Assembly: GCA_965246875.1 (NCBI GenBank)
Contig: CBDFFU010000006.1
Coordinates: 512,235-576,234, forward strand
Length of the DNA stretch: 64,000 nt
Reading direction: 5' to 3'
Source of the DNA: Alphaproteobacteria bacterium
GTDB lineage: Bacteria; Pseudomonadota; Alphaproteobacteria; Micavibrionales; SZUA-601
The notes beneath the pieces are model-generated. The model worked only from the letters and a program-made list of their open reading frames with translations, did no database searches and had not been told where the DNA came from. Both the position numbers and the translations under genes were made by a program. Positions 8,924 through 20,764 of the stretch are shown here, piece by piece. Numbering within the stretch: the first letter of the stretch is position 1; every line of letters starts with the position of its first letter.

Positions 8924-9691
8924 TTAATAATGAACAATATTGGTAACACGGCGGCGGCGATGGCCCAGCCATAACATCCCAAACAAATCGACAATGCCCG
9001 GCACCAGACGATTCCACAGGCCATATTTTGCGACACCTGCCACCCGTGGACGATGATTGACATCAACCAAAACGAGCTCAAAGCCATTTTGCAGGGCGAG
9101 TGCCGAAATGAAACGGTGCATATTGCCAAAAAATGGCAAAGACAAGTAGTCATCGCGGCGGCACAGACGCACACCACAGCCACTATCACGTGTATCGTCT
9201 TTTAACAGAGCTTTACGAATCCGGTTGGCTGTTTTTGACGAGCTGCGGCGCAGCCAGTCATCATGACGTTGCGCCCGCTGCCCAATCACAAAAACATGCT
9301 TATGCTCATTTTGGCTGGCCTGCTGATAAGCCTTTAGCAAAGCCGGGATATCAGCAGGGTCGTTTTGCCGATCGCCATCAAGTGTGAGGACAAGTTCAGC
9401 TTTTGCGGCCTGTATGCCATACCATTGTGCAGAACTTTTCCCAGTATTCTTTACCAAATGAACAATCCGTAGCCAGGGATAAGTCATACGAGCTGTTTTC
9501 AAAACACTCAACGTCTGGTCTGTACTGCCATCATCGATAATAATCGTTTCCAATATGTCAGACATAATCCCTTTAACGTCTGCAATTTCACTCAGGAGAG
9601 CATCAATATTATCGACTTCGTTGTATACAGGTATAATGAGCGCCAATGAACCAGGGATGCATGAGGAGAGAGACGGTGACATGACGGGCAA
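8924..9691 (-). CDS. GT2 polyprenyl-phosphate glycosyltransferase (ArnC/DPM1-like)
   Basis: LIIPVYNE...IIIDDGSTD...LDGDRQNDP motifs of family-2 glycosyltransferases. Confidence 0.8.
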   Translation of the reverse strand: MPVMSPSLSSCIPGSLALIIPVYNEVDNIDALLSEIADVKGIMSDILETIIIDDGSTDQTLSVLKTARMTYPWLRIVHLVKNTGKSSAQWYGIQAAKAELVLTLDGDRQNDPADIPALLKAYQQASQNEHKHVFVIGQRAQRHDDWLRRSSSKTANRIRKALLKDDTRDSGCGVRLCRRDDYLSLPFFGNMHRFISALALQNGFELVLVDVNHRPRVAGVAKYGLWNRLVPGIVDLFGMLWLGHRRRRVTNIVHY

Positions 9692-9851
9692 ACCTTTAGT
9701 TTTATTGTTTAGCGTTCATCTTGAGATGTGGGGCATTATAGCCATTATCCCAAACGGATAAAGGGCCAAAACCCGGCGGACATCCGCTTGAAATGACAAT
9801 GTTTTTTAATCCCGGCGCACTCGACGCATGGCACAAAATCGGCTAGACTGA

Positions 9852-12350
<2,499 letters not shown>

Positions 12351-12437
12351 GAATTGTATCACGCGCCAGACCTTGACAGATTAAGTGTTTAAGCGCGAGA
12401 TACGCTGCAAAATTGCTTTATAACGAAGATCACGACA

Positions 12438-13370
12438 ATGTTACATCCCCGTTCTTTAATTTTTGGTACCCGCGCCAGTAAGATGGCGCGCATGATGGCG
12501 CATGATGCCAAATTGCTGATCGAAGCAGCTCATCCAGGATGTGAAATTACGGTGCAGGAATATCTATCTGATGGCTGCAAAATTCCTGGTGATCTCAGAT
12601 TGTTCGGCGGCAAAGGTACGTTTGTCAAAGACCTTGAAAAACGTTTGCTGAACAAGGAAATTGATGTTGCCATTCATTGCCTGAAAGATATGCCCGGCGA
12701 CGAACCGATGCATCCCGATTTGCAACTCTTTTGTTTTCTCAACCGCAGCGACCCGCGTGACGTGTTGATCATGCGCCCCGGCATGAGTGAGCCGACCAAA
12801 AATCAGACATGTGTGTTAGCCACATCATCACCGCGCCGTCAGGCGATTTTAAAAAAATTATATCCGATGGCGACCATCGTGCCAGTGCGCGGCAATGTGG
12901 ACACGCGTTTGCAGAAACTCAATAACGGTGAATTTGATGGCATGGTGTTGTCACGGGCCGGATTGGGTTATCTGCACATGGAAGAGTATATCACCAAGAC
13001 CTATGATCCGTCGGAAATGTTGCCGTCCGTCACCCAAGGCGTTTTGGCGTTGCAGGTCCGCAAGGAAGACGCTGAAAAATGCAGCCATTTGCGGAGCATT
13101 AATTCTGCAACGACAGAGCGTATTGTGGCCGCTGAACGCGCCATGCTGATGCATTTGCAAGGCACCTGTTATGCGGCCATTGCCGGTTTCTGCGAAGAGA
13201 CAGCACAAGGTTTGACCATGCAAGGCATGGTCATGTCACCAGACGGCCAGACGATTATTACAGCTGAAGCCAAACAAGCGGCCGATTTGCCACCCGCTGC
13301 CCTAGGCATGGTGATTGCGCATCAATTGTTGCAACAAGGTGCGCGCGAACTGATCGATGCGCATGGGTAA
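12438..13370 (+). CDS. hemC: Hydroxymethylbilane synthase (porphobilinogen deaminase)
   Basis: GTRASKMA...GGKGTFVKDLEKRLLNKEIDVAIHCLKDMP...RGNVDTRLQKL...AERAML..LQGTCYAAIAG. Confidence 0.85.
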   Translation: MLHPRSLIFGTRASKMARMMAHDAKLLIEAAHPGCEITVQEYLSDGCKIPGDLRLFGGKGTFVKDLEKRLLNKEIDVAIHCLKDMPGDEPMHPDLQLFCFLNRSDPRDVLIMRPGMSEPTKNQTCVLATSSPRRQAILKKLYPMATIVPVRGNVDTRLQKLNNGEFDGMVLSRAGLGYLHMEEYITKTYDPSEMLPSVTQGVLALQVRKEDAEKCSHLRSINSATTERIVAAERAMLMHLQGTCYAAIAGFCEETAQGLTMQGMVMSPDGQTIITAEAKQAADLPPAALGMVIAHQLLQQGARELIDAHG

Positions 13371-14700
13371 ATGTTGTGCCTGGCTTGTCATCTGCGTTGC
13401 CATCGTCTTCGGCAGCACATCCACCCATGCCCAAAGCTTGATCCGCGATACAGAGATTGAAACCGATCTGCATGACATGGCAACGCCGATTTGGCAACAG
13501 GCCGGTCTGCAACCCAACAATATCCGCATCGTCATATTACAAGACAGCACATTGAATGCCTTTGTCGCCGGTGGACAAAATATCTTTCTCTATACCGGTC
13601 TTATCCTTGATACGCATGATATCGGCGAATTGCTGGGCGTTATTGCCCATGAAACGGGTCATATTACAGGCGGACATTTGATCCGCAGCCGACAGAATGC
13701 CGAAAATGCATCCGTTGAATCGATCCTGGGCGGGTTGGCCGGCATTGCAGCAGGGGTCGCAGCCGGTGATGCAGGGGCCGGTATCGCCGCTATTTCAGCC
13801 AGCCAGCAAATGACGATGAACCGCATGCTGAAAAACAGCCGCACCTATGAATCATCTGCCGATCAAGCGGGTCTTAGCTATCTGGATGGTGCCGGCTATT
13901 CCGCACAAGGCACGGCAAATTTTCTGGCGCGTCTCGCCAACCAAGAAATGCTGCCGGACATTCAACAATCACAATATATGCAGACGCACCCGCTATCATC
14001 ACAGCGTTTGGACAGTGTCAAAGCGTTCGTGGCACACAGCCGGAACAGTAGCAAAGACTATCCGGCCAGTTTTGTCGCCATGCATGCGCGGATCAAAGCG
14101 AAAATCCAAGCTTTTATGAATCCGCAACTTGCCATGCAGGATTTTAAAGACAAGGATGATTTTGCCAGCCGCTATGGTTACGCTATTGCCCTCTACCGCA
14201 CCAGCAAAGTTGATGACGCGTTGAGACAATTGGCGATTTTGCAAAAAGAACATCCGGATGACGGATTTATCCCCGAAATGCGCGGACAAATTTTGTTTGA
14301 AAATGGCCGCATCGACGAGGCTATCAAAGCCGAAGAAACAGCCTCGGCACTGTTGCCTAAAGCTGATCTCATCCGCTTGAGTTTGGGGCAGGCGTATTTG
14401 GAGTCGCGTGACCTTCGCGGTAACAGCAAAGCCATCGCCGTTCTCAATCAGGCCCGGCAGACCGAAAACCGGACACCGCTGTTATTTCGCCTGTTGGCCA
14501 CGGCCTATGGCAGGGACGGGCAAGAAGGCATGGCCAAATTATCGCTGGCCGAAGAGGCCTTGCTGAAAAACGATAAATCCTTTGCCACGCAACAGGCCAG
14601 TGCCGCCCAACGACAATTGCCCAAGACGGCCACAGCGTCCCGCCAGCGCGCCCAGGACATCATTGTATTTGTCCAACAAAGTCCCACAACAAAAAACTGA
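13357..14700 (+). CDS. M48-family periplasmic metalloprotease with TPR region (BepA/YfgC-like)
   Basis: Signal peptide, GVIAHETGHITGGH (HExxH), SSADQAGL, and a helical repeat region at the C-terminus. Confidence 0.8.
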   Translation: MRMGKCCAWLVICVAIVFGSTSTHAQSLIRDTEIETDLHDMATPIWQQAGLQPNNIRIVILQDSTLNAFVAGGQNIFLYTGLILDTHDIGELLGVIAHETGHITGGHLIRSRQNAENASVESILGGLAGIAAGVAAGDAGAGIAAISASQQMTMNRMLKNSRTYESSADQAGLSYLDGAGYSAQGTANFLARLANQEMLPDIQQSQYMQTHPLSSQRLDSVKAFVAHSRNSSKDYPASFVAMHARIKAKIQAFMNPQLAMQDFKDKDDFASRYGYAIALYRTSKVDDALRQLAILQKEHPDDGFIPEMRGQILFENGRIDEAIKAEETASALLPKADLIRLSLGQAYLESRDLRGNSKAIAVLNQARQTENRTPLLFRLLATAYGRDGQEGMAKLSLAEEALLKNDKSFATQQASAAQRQLPKTATASRQRAQDIIVFVQQSPTTKN

Positions 14701-14806
14701 TAAACAATAGAATCGATTAAAGGTTAAAATTAAATAAAATTTTATTGACATTATGCGTAATTAGCCTTATGTTTATTAATATGTAATTAATTTTAAGGAG
14801 ATAAAC

Positions 14807-15364
14807 ATGCTGGAATTTTTAAAACCAAAATTTATCGCTCATTCTTCTTTATCCCAAAACAAGGTACCACCGCTCGAGGTTGTTTCCTACGATAGTTGCA
14901 TGTTTCTGCCACTAAATGCTTGCTGTGAACATGAACAACAGAATCCAACAACTCCGTCTATGGACGGTTATAATTTCGACATTACCGGCAGCGTGCAATT
15001 GCCGCATCAATCGCATCTGTCTGCGGTGCATTACGCGCATCCTTACATGGAACGTGTCATGATCTGTATTAAACGGTTTGACGAAAGCCAGATCAATTTT
15101 GAACACGCGCTGAATGCCGACATCAAAAAAGCGATTGCGGAATGCAATGCGTCCTGCCAGTCACAAAGCGTCGAGAAAATTTATGCGTCAGGACAGCATC
15201 TGATCCGGCTGGATATCATTCGCAACATTGTCCGCAAGGGCAATCTGGCGCAACCGGGTGCTGACATTTTGGCCAAACTGGCCATGCCGCATTGCATGAC
15301 CGAACACGGCGCCTTAAAACCCGGCATTCTCTATATGAGCTGTATCAGACGCCAATTCGATTAA
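14807..15364 (+). CDS. Hypothetical protein
   Basis: 185-aa ORF after an AT-rich gap with AAGGAG 7 nt upstream. No motif recognised. Confidence 0.4.
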   Translation: MLEFLKPKFIAHSSLSQNKVPPLEVVSYDSCMFLPLNACCEHEQQNPTTPSMDGYNFDITGSVQLPHQSHLSAVHYAHPYMERVMICIKRFDESQINFEHALNADIKKAIAECNASCQSQSVEKIYASGQHLIRLDIIRNIVRKGNLAQPGADILAKLAMPHCMTEHGALKPGILYMSCIRRQFD

Positions 15365-16074
15365 CGCGGAATGTCTTCCGTGCCGCGACATGGTGCTGCT
15401 GTTGCGTCATAGGATTCAACCGTATCGATTTGCGCCTGTCGCTGCTCACGCACCGGTTCGATATGATGATGAATCACGTTCATTTGATTATCCAATGCAT
15501 CTTTTAAACGTTGATACATGGCGTCCTGTTCAGTGACGGAAACGCCGCCCAGCATACCGGTTTTCATCACATATTCAGTCAATGTTTGCGTGATGATCGG
15601 CTGGAAATCACGTAACAATTCGCGGTCGATATCGGCGTGGCGCAATTCATGTTTCAACACTGCGGCTTCGTAACAGGAATGCGGCTGAATTTCTTTGGCG
15701 ATATAAATTTCCGGTTTGAGCTGAATAGTCAAATTCAAATTGGCATACCAGTAACAGCTTTTTTTCGTCAGCGGATTGGTCTGTGATGCAATCTTCGAAT
15801 CCGCCATAAAAATAATCGGCCCGGACTTCATGCCATAGGTATGCGACAATTGATCGCTGGGGTAAGGCGAGGGATGCGATTTCATGCCGTCCAGTTCACG
15901 GAACGAGTAGTTGCGGTAGACAGGCGGGTCGAACATGGCAACCGACACCCGAATATCGGCATGTGGCATCTCTTTCGGACATTCTTGCAATAAATCAGAC
16001 GGGCTGAACGCAAAGCCTGTAACTGGACACAATAAAGCCAGACCAAACATAAACAGGAAACACAGGCGCATCAT
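15361..16074 (-). CDS. Secreted HExxH protein, DUF922/COG5661-like putative Zn-protease (paralogue A)
   Basis: Signal peptide MMRLCFLFMFGLALLCPVTGFA (start moved to 16074). HELRH motif. Collinear similarity to the 17157-17903 product. Confidence 0.55.
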   Translation of the reverse strand: MMRLCFLFMFGLALLCPVTGFAFSPSDLLQECPKEMPHADIRVSVAMFDPPVYRNYSFRELDGMKSHPSPYPSDQLSHTYGMKSGPIIFMADSKIASQTNPLTKKSCYWYANLNLTIQLKPEIYIAKEIQPHSCYEAAVLKHELRHADIDRELLRDFQPIITQTLTEYVMKTGMLGGVSVTEQDAMYQRLKDALDNQMNVIHHHIEPVREQRQAQIDTVESYDATAAPCRGTEDIPR

Positions 16075-16126
16075 GATATCAGTATGACCACAAGCGCTTA
16101 ACGCTTTCTCAAATTTGACAATGTGA

Positions 16127-17119
16127 TCACTGATCCTGTTGCCGACGCGCAAAATCCAAAGCGTGATAGGTCAATATCACATCGGCACCCGCGCGCTTGA
16201 ACGCGGTCAGGGTCTCATCGACGACACGCGCTTCATCAATCCAGCCGTTAGCCGCAGCTGCTTTCACCATGCTGTATTCACCCGACACATTATAGACCGC
16301 AATCGGCAGGTCGCACCGTTCACGCGCATCACGTACAATGTCCAGATACGCCAAACCCGGTTTGACCATGATGATATCGGCACCTTCTGCGATATCCAGC
16401 GCAATTTCCCGCATCGCTTCACGACGGTTAGGGGCTGCCATTTGATAGGTGCGGCGGTCGCCAAATTGTGGTGTGCTGCCGGCCGCTTCACGAAACGGCC
16501 CGTAAAAACCGCTGGCGAATTTCGCACTGTAAGCCATGATCGGCATGTTTGAAAACCCATTGCCATCCAAAGCCGAGCGGATAGCGCCAATGCGCCCGTC
16601 CATCATGTCCGACGGTGCAATCATATCGGCACCGGCTGCGGCATAACATAGGGCCGCACGCGCCAGTAGGGCAACGCTTGCATCGTTCGCAACATTACCA
16701 TTCTCAATCACGCCGCAATGCCCGTGTGACGTGTATTCGCACAGGCATACATCCGGCACGATCAACAATTCATTGCCAACCGCTTTGCGGATCGCGCGAA
16801 TGGTTGACGGCACAATCCCGTCATCGGCATAACCGGTGCTGCCAAACTCATCTTTGTGATAGGGAATGCCAAATAACATGATGGCTGAAATGCCCAGCCG
16901 CACAGCCTCTTCGGCCTGATGACAGGCATCGTCGATGGTCAGGCGTGATATGCCGGGCATTGACGGAATAGGCGTTGTCTCAGACTCTTCTGTCACAAAC
17001 ATCGGATATAATAAATCATCTGTCGTCACAATTGTTTCGCGCACCATGCGGCGGATCAGAGGAGAGCTGCGTAGACGGCGTGGTCGGTTGAGCAAATCAA
17101 GCATCATACTGTCTTTCAA
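16127..17119 (-). CDS. hemB: Porphobilinogen synthase (delta-aminolevulinate dehydratase)
   Basis: RPRRLR, DVCLCEYTSHGHCG (Zn-type Cys cluster), MVKPGLAYLDIV, YNVSGEY. Confidence 0.92.
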   Translation of the reverse strand: MKDSMMLDLLNRPRRLRSSPLIRRMVRETIVTTDDLLYPMFVTEESETTPIPSMPGISRLTIDDACHQAEEAVRLGISAIMLFGIPYHKDEFGSTGYADDGIVPSTIRAIRKAVGNELLIVPDVCLCEYTSHGHCGVIENGNVANDASVALLARAALCYAAAGADMIAPSDMMDGRIGAIRSALDGNGFSNMPIMAYSAKFASGFYGPFREAAGSTPQFGDRRTYQMAAPNRREAMREIALDIAEGADIIMVKPGLAYLDIVRDARERCDLPIAVYNVSGEYSMVKAAAANGWIDEARVVDETLTAFKRAGADVILTYHALDFARRQQDQ

Positions 17120-17156
17120 AAACGGTCATCAATAAATACATGACCGGCTTATACGG

Positions 17157-17903
17157 TCATTGATATTCCATGCCATCCAGTTCGCACTGGTCAGCGACCC
17201 GGTTATATTCGGTCAACGAGTCGATTTTCGCTTGTCGCTCAATCCGGTCCTGACGCATATGGTAATGAATCGTTTGCACCTGATCCGACAAATCATCCAT
17301 CAATTGTTTTTGAGCAATTTTCTCATCACCGAACGGGCTATGATCGATACGGCCATTTTTCTGCGTAAAGTTTTCGACCGTGTCATACAAAATATTCTGA
17401 TAGTCACGCACCAATCCACGATCCACTTCGACATGTTTCATTTCATGCTCGATGATCGCATTGTAATAACAGGTGTCTTCTGGAATTTCACGTGCGACGT
17501 AGATTGTCGGCTTCAAACGCAAGGTCAACGTAATAGTACGATACCAGAAACAGTTCTGCCGCACCTGTGGATTGTTCTGCCAGGCGATCGTCGTGTTAGT
17601 CTTGAGTTCGACCGGACCGCGCATCAGGCCGTTAACATGCGTCATACTGTTTTCACCATAGGGTGATTTTGTCGACACGCTAAAATCCCGCAGCTCGTCA
17701 CGCGATTTGGCGTGATTGATCAATGGTTCCGGCATCTCCAGATTGACATGGATAATCGTTTCCATCGCTGAATTCGACGGACAAATCGAGACATTGGGAT
17801 TGGTTGGGAGTGTTTGGGCATAGCCGTGAACCGTCAGGGTCAGGCAAAACGCCATAACCCAGCTCATCCGCAACAGACATTGAGAGATCCACCGATTCAG
17901 CAT
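17157..17903 (-). CDS. Secreted HExxH protein, DUF922/COG5661-like putative Zn-protease (paralogue B)
   Basis: Signal peptide. HEMKH motif. It shares C-x-WY...LTL/I-x-LKP-x-IY-x-A-x-EI...C-Y...HE-x-x-H-x-x-x-DR-x-L-x-RD with paralogue A. Confidence 0.55.
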   Translation of the reverse strand: MLNRWISQCLLRMSWVMAFCLTLTVHGYAQTLPTNPNVSICPSNSAMETIIHVNLEMPEPLINHAKSRDELRDFSVSTKSPYGENSMTHVNGLMRGPVELKTNTTIAWQNNPQVRQNCFWYRTITLTLRLKPTIYVAREIPEDTCYYNAIIEHEMKHVEVDRGLVRDYQNILYDTVENFTQKNGRIDHSPFGDEKIAQKQLMDDLSDQVQTIHYHMRQDRIERQAKIDSLTEYNRVADQCELDGMEYQ

Positions 17904-18050
17904 GTCATTGATATAAGGGCGTTAGCGGGTGGCTGCAAGCGCAACAAGGCGTGGAAAACACTGTATCTTGTGAAAAAAGTGCAAGTGTGTCACCTTGGTG
18001 ACAGTTTAACCGATGCCGGCCATCATGGCATCCCCCTTGAAAGGTCTGAC

Positions 18051-18347
18051 ATGCCAAATCCTGTTTTCTATTTGATCTTGGTGCTGTGCGACATCGTGTT
18101 TTGGGTGGTGCTGGTATCGGTAATCGTGTCATGGCTGGTGGCATTCCGGGTTTTGAATTTGTCCCATCCCGGCATTCGCCGTGCCTATGAATTTATTACC
18201 GGCGTGACAGACCGTCTCTACGCGCCGATCCGCCGTGTCATGCCAACCGTGTTTGGTGGCGTCGATATTTCGCCAGTTGTCGTCCTGATCATTCTGAAAT
18301 TGATCCAGTATACGATCGTGTGGCTCTCAACGCGGTTCGGTTTATAG
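18051..18347 (+). CDS. YggT-family membrane protein
   Basis: 98 aa starting at the internal ATG at 18051. Two TM helices, VSWLVAF..LN and GGVDISPVVVLIILKL, are typical of YggT. Confidence 0.7.
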   Translation: MPNPVFYLILVLCDIVFWVVLVSVIVSWLVAFRVLNLSHPGIRRAYEFITGVTDRLYAPIRRVMPTVFGGVDISPVVVLIILKLIQYTIVWLSTRFGL

Positions 18348-18359
18348 AGCTTTCTCAGT

Positions 18360-19205
18360 ATGACCGCACAGATTATTGACGGCCGCGCGCTAGCGGCCAA
18401 GCTGAATGACGAAACACAACAACATGCTGCAGTCTTTACGGCAAATATGGGTGTTGAACCGGGTTTGGCTGTGATCTTGATTGGCCATCATGCGCCGAGC
18501 GAAATCTATGTGCGCGTCAAATCAAAAGCGGCAGAGGCCGCTGGCATTAACGCTATTATTCACCGCTTTGATGCGGATATTGATCAAAATGCTATCGCGG
18601 ATCTGATCACGGAATTAAATGCCGACCGGCATGTTCAGGGCATTTTGTTGCAATTGCCGTTGCCGCAACATTTGTCACAACAACAGCTGTTGAATTTAAT
18701 TGCACCATCAAAAGACGTAGATGGCTTGACTATTTTAAACGCAGGTCGCCGTGGTCTGGGATTGCCGGCACATTTGCCTTGCACACCAAAAGGCGCGTTG
18801 CGCCTGATTAAATCGGTGCGCTCCGATTTAACCGGCTTACATGCCGTCGTCATTGGCCGTTCTGATCTGGTGGGCAAACCTATGGCGCAACTGTTGCTGG
18901 CCGAAAATTGCACCGTGACACAAGCGCATCGCTACACACGCGACCTGCCGGAATTGTGTCGTCAAGCGGATATTCTTGTAGCGGCCGTCGGACAGGCACA
19001 TCTGGTCAAAGGCAACTGGATCAAACCGGGTGCCATCGTCATTGATGTCGGGATCAACCGCATGGCTGACAACAGTTTACAAGGCGATGTCGATTTTGCC
19101 GAAGCACAGCAAACAGCCGGTTATATCACTCCGGTTCCGGGCGGCGTTGGCCCGATGACGGTGGCGTGCTTGCTGGAAAATTGTGTCGCGGTGATCGCGG
19201 ATTAA
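18360..19205 (+). CDS. folD: Bifunctional methylenetetrahydrofolate dehydrogenase/cyclohydrolase
   Basis: IIDGRALA, GILLQLPLP, KDVDG, VVIGRSDLVGKPMAQLLL, PVPGGVGPMTVA. Confidence 0.92.
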   Translation: MTAQIIDGRALAAKLNDETQQHAAVFTANMGVEPGLAVILIGHHAPSEIYVRVKSKAAEAAGINAIIHRFDADIDQNAIADLITELNADRHVQGILLQLPLPQHLSQQQLLNLIAPSKDVDGLTILNAGRRGLGLPAHLPCTPKGALRLIKSVRSDLTGLHAVVIGRSDLVGKPMAQLLLAENCTVTQAHRYTRDLPELCRQADILVAAVGQAHLVKGNWIKPGAIVIDVGINRMADNSLQGDVDFAEAQQTAGYITPVPGGVGPMTVACLLENCVAVIAD

Positions 19206-19483
19206 ACCACGATATTCACATACGATCCGCGTGGTGCGTTGGGATCAATCGTTGATGATGTCGACACAAAATACTCTTTAAAGCCATCTTCTTTGGTCAC
19301 AGACCGTGGCTGGGCAGATAATGTTTCGTCAGCCGCATTAAATTCGCTTTTACCAGACTGGTCGACTTGCGTGGCAAAATTCTGGCTGCTTTTCTCGCGG
19401 GTCGTATTACGCTCAATGCCGGCAAACCGGGTGAGGGCCGTATAGGCCTGGGACAAACCGCCTTGTGGCAAGAAATCGCTCAT
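19202..19483 (-). CDS. Hypothetical small protein
   Basis: 93-aa ORF convergent with folD (4-nt overlap). No motif recognised. Confidence 0.35.
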   Translation of the reverse strand: MSDFLPQGGLSQAYTALTRFAGIERNTTREKSSQNFATQVDQSGKSEFNAADETLSAQPRSVTKEDGFKEYFVSTSSTIDPNAPRGSYVNIVV

Positions 19484-19666
19484 ACAACACCTTTTGCTTA
19501 CTCTACACAGTATAAACCCGAAGATTTAAAAATATTTGAATAACATAAGCATTAAGACGTCGAAAATCAAGCCATGCCCGCCCGATTCATCTTCTATCAA
19601 TTATGATTCGCTATAATGAAAGGGTAGAAAACCAAATAATATGAATAGTTTAACGGAAATTTACGC

Positions 19667-20755
19667 ATGGACAACCCCATTATGGACTTTTCCAAACCCG
19701 AATATTTATACCGCCTGGCGCGCAGCGGCAGCGCCCATGACCGTATGGAACTGGCCACGTCGCTTCAGGATATCGTCCAGACCGAGCATCGGCAAACGGC
19801 CGTCGATATTTTGCTGTTGCTCCTCAAAGAAGCCGAACAGGATTTACGGATTGCGCTGGCAACGCAATTAGCAACGCAGCCGCACTGTCCGATGGAGCTG
19901 ATTCAGTTCCTGATTTATCAAAATCCATTTCCAGTCGCTGATCCGGTGTTGCGTTTGTCACCGTTACTTGATAACGCAGAATTACTCAAAGTGCTGGATC
20001 ATTTTGCGCATGATCCGGCTTATGCCCAAGCCGTTGCGCAACGCAAAATGATTTCAGCACAAATCGCGGCCCGTGTTCTGGAACAGGATAACAATGAGAC
20101 CGCATATTTATTGTTGTTGCGCAATCCGGGTACGCAATTAAATGACATTTGCCTGGACTACCTGACCGATATCGCCAAAAAACGCCCGTTGTTGCAACAG
20201 CCATTTTTGCAACGCAAGGAAGTCACACCAGAAATCGCAGCCAAACTATTCTGGCATGTGTCGGTAAAGTTGCGCCAGTTCATTCTCGATCAATTCCCGA
20301 TGAGTGCGCTCAAGCTGGATCAATTGATGGATGAAGCAATCCAGCAGCGCGTCAATCTGAAAAGCGGTGTGTTCGCACTGACTGATCAGGCGAAAATCAA
20401 GGCGGAACGCGTTCAAGCAAATGGTGCCATTACGTCACGCCAGCCAATGGAAGCCTTGCGTCATGGCGATGTGCCGCTGTTCACCTGCTTGATTGCGCTA
20501 CTGACACAAACCAAACCGGAACGTGTGCTTGATTTGCTGTTACAGGATACCACTGAAACACTGGCGGTCATCGCGCATACTTTGCGGTTAACGCGCGGTG
20601 ACTTTAACGGGCTGTATCTGCTGTGGCGTCGGCAAGCCGAATCACACAGCGTTCTGCACGAAAAGGACATTATCAGTGCCCAAGACCGCTTTGCGATGGT
20701 CACACCCCATTACGCGCGCGAAGCCATTGCGAAATGGCAACATAACAATGATTAG
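19667..20755 (+). CDS. DUF2336-like helical-repeat protein
   Basis: 362 aa. DLRIALATQLATQPHCPMELIQFLIYQNPFPVADPVLRLSPLLDNAELLKVL resembles the DUF2336 repeat pattern. Confidence 0.5.
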   Translation: MDNPIMDFSKPEYLYRLARSGSAHDRMELATSLQDIVQTEHRQTAVDILLLLLKEAEQDLRIALATQLATQPHCPMELIQFLIYQNPFPVADPVLRLSPLLDNAELLKVLDHFAHDPAYAQAVAQRKMISAQIAARVLEQDNNETAYLLLLRNPGTQLNDICLDYLTDIAKKRPLLQQPFLQRKEVTPEIAAKLFWHVSVKLRQFILDQFPMSALKLDQLMDEAIQQRVNLKSGVFALTDQAKIKAERVQANGAITSRQPMEALRHGDVPLFTCLIALLTQTKPERVLDLLLQDTTETLAVIAHTLRLTRGDFNGLYLLWRRQAESHSVLHEKDIISAQDRFAMVTPHYAREAIAKWQHNND

Positions 20756-20764
20756 ATTAGGCGC

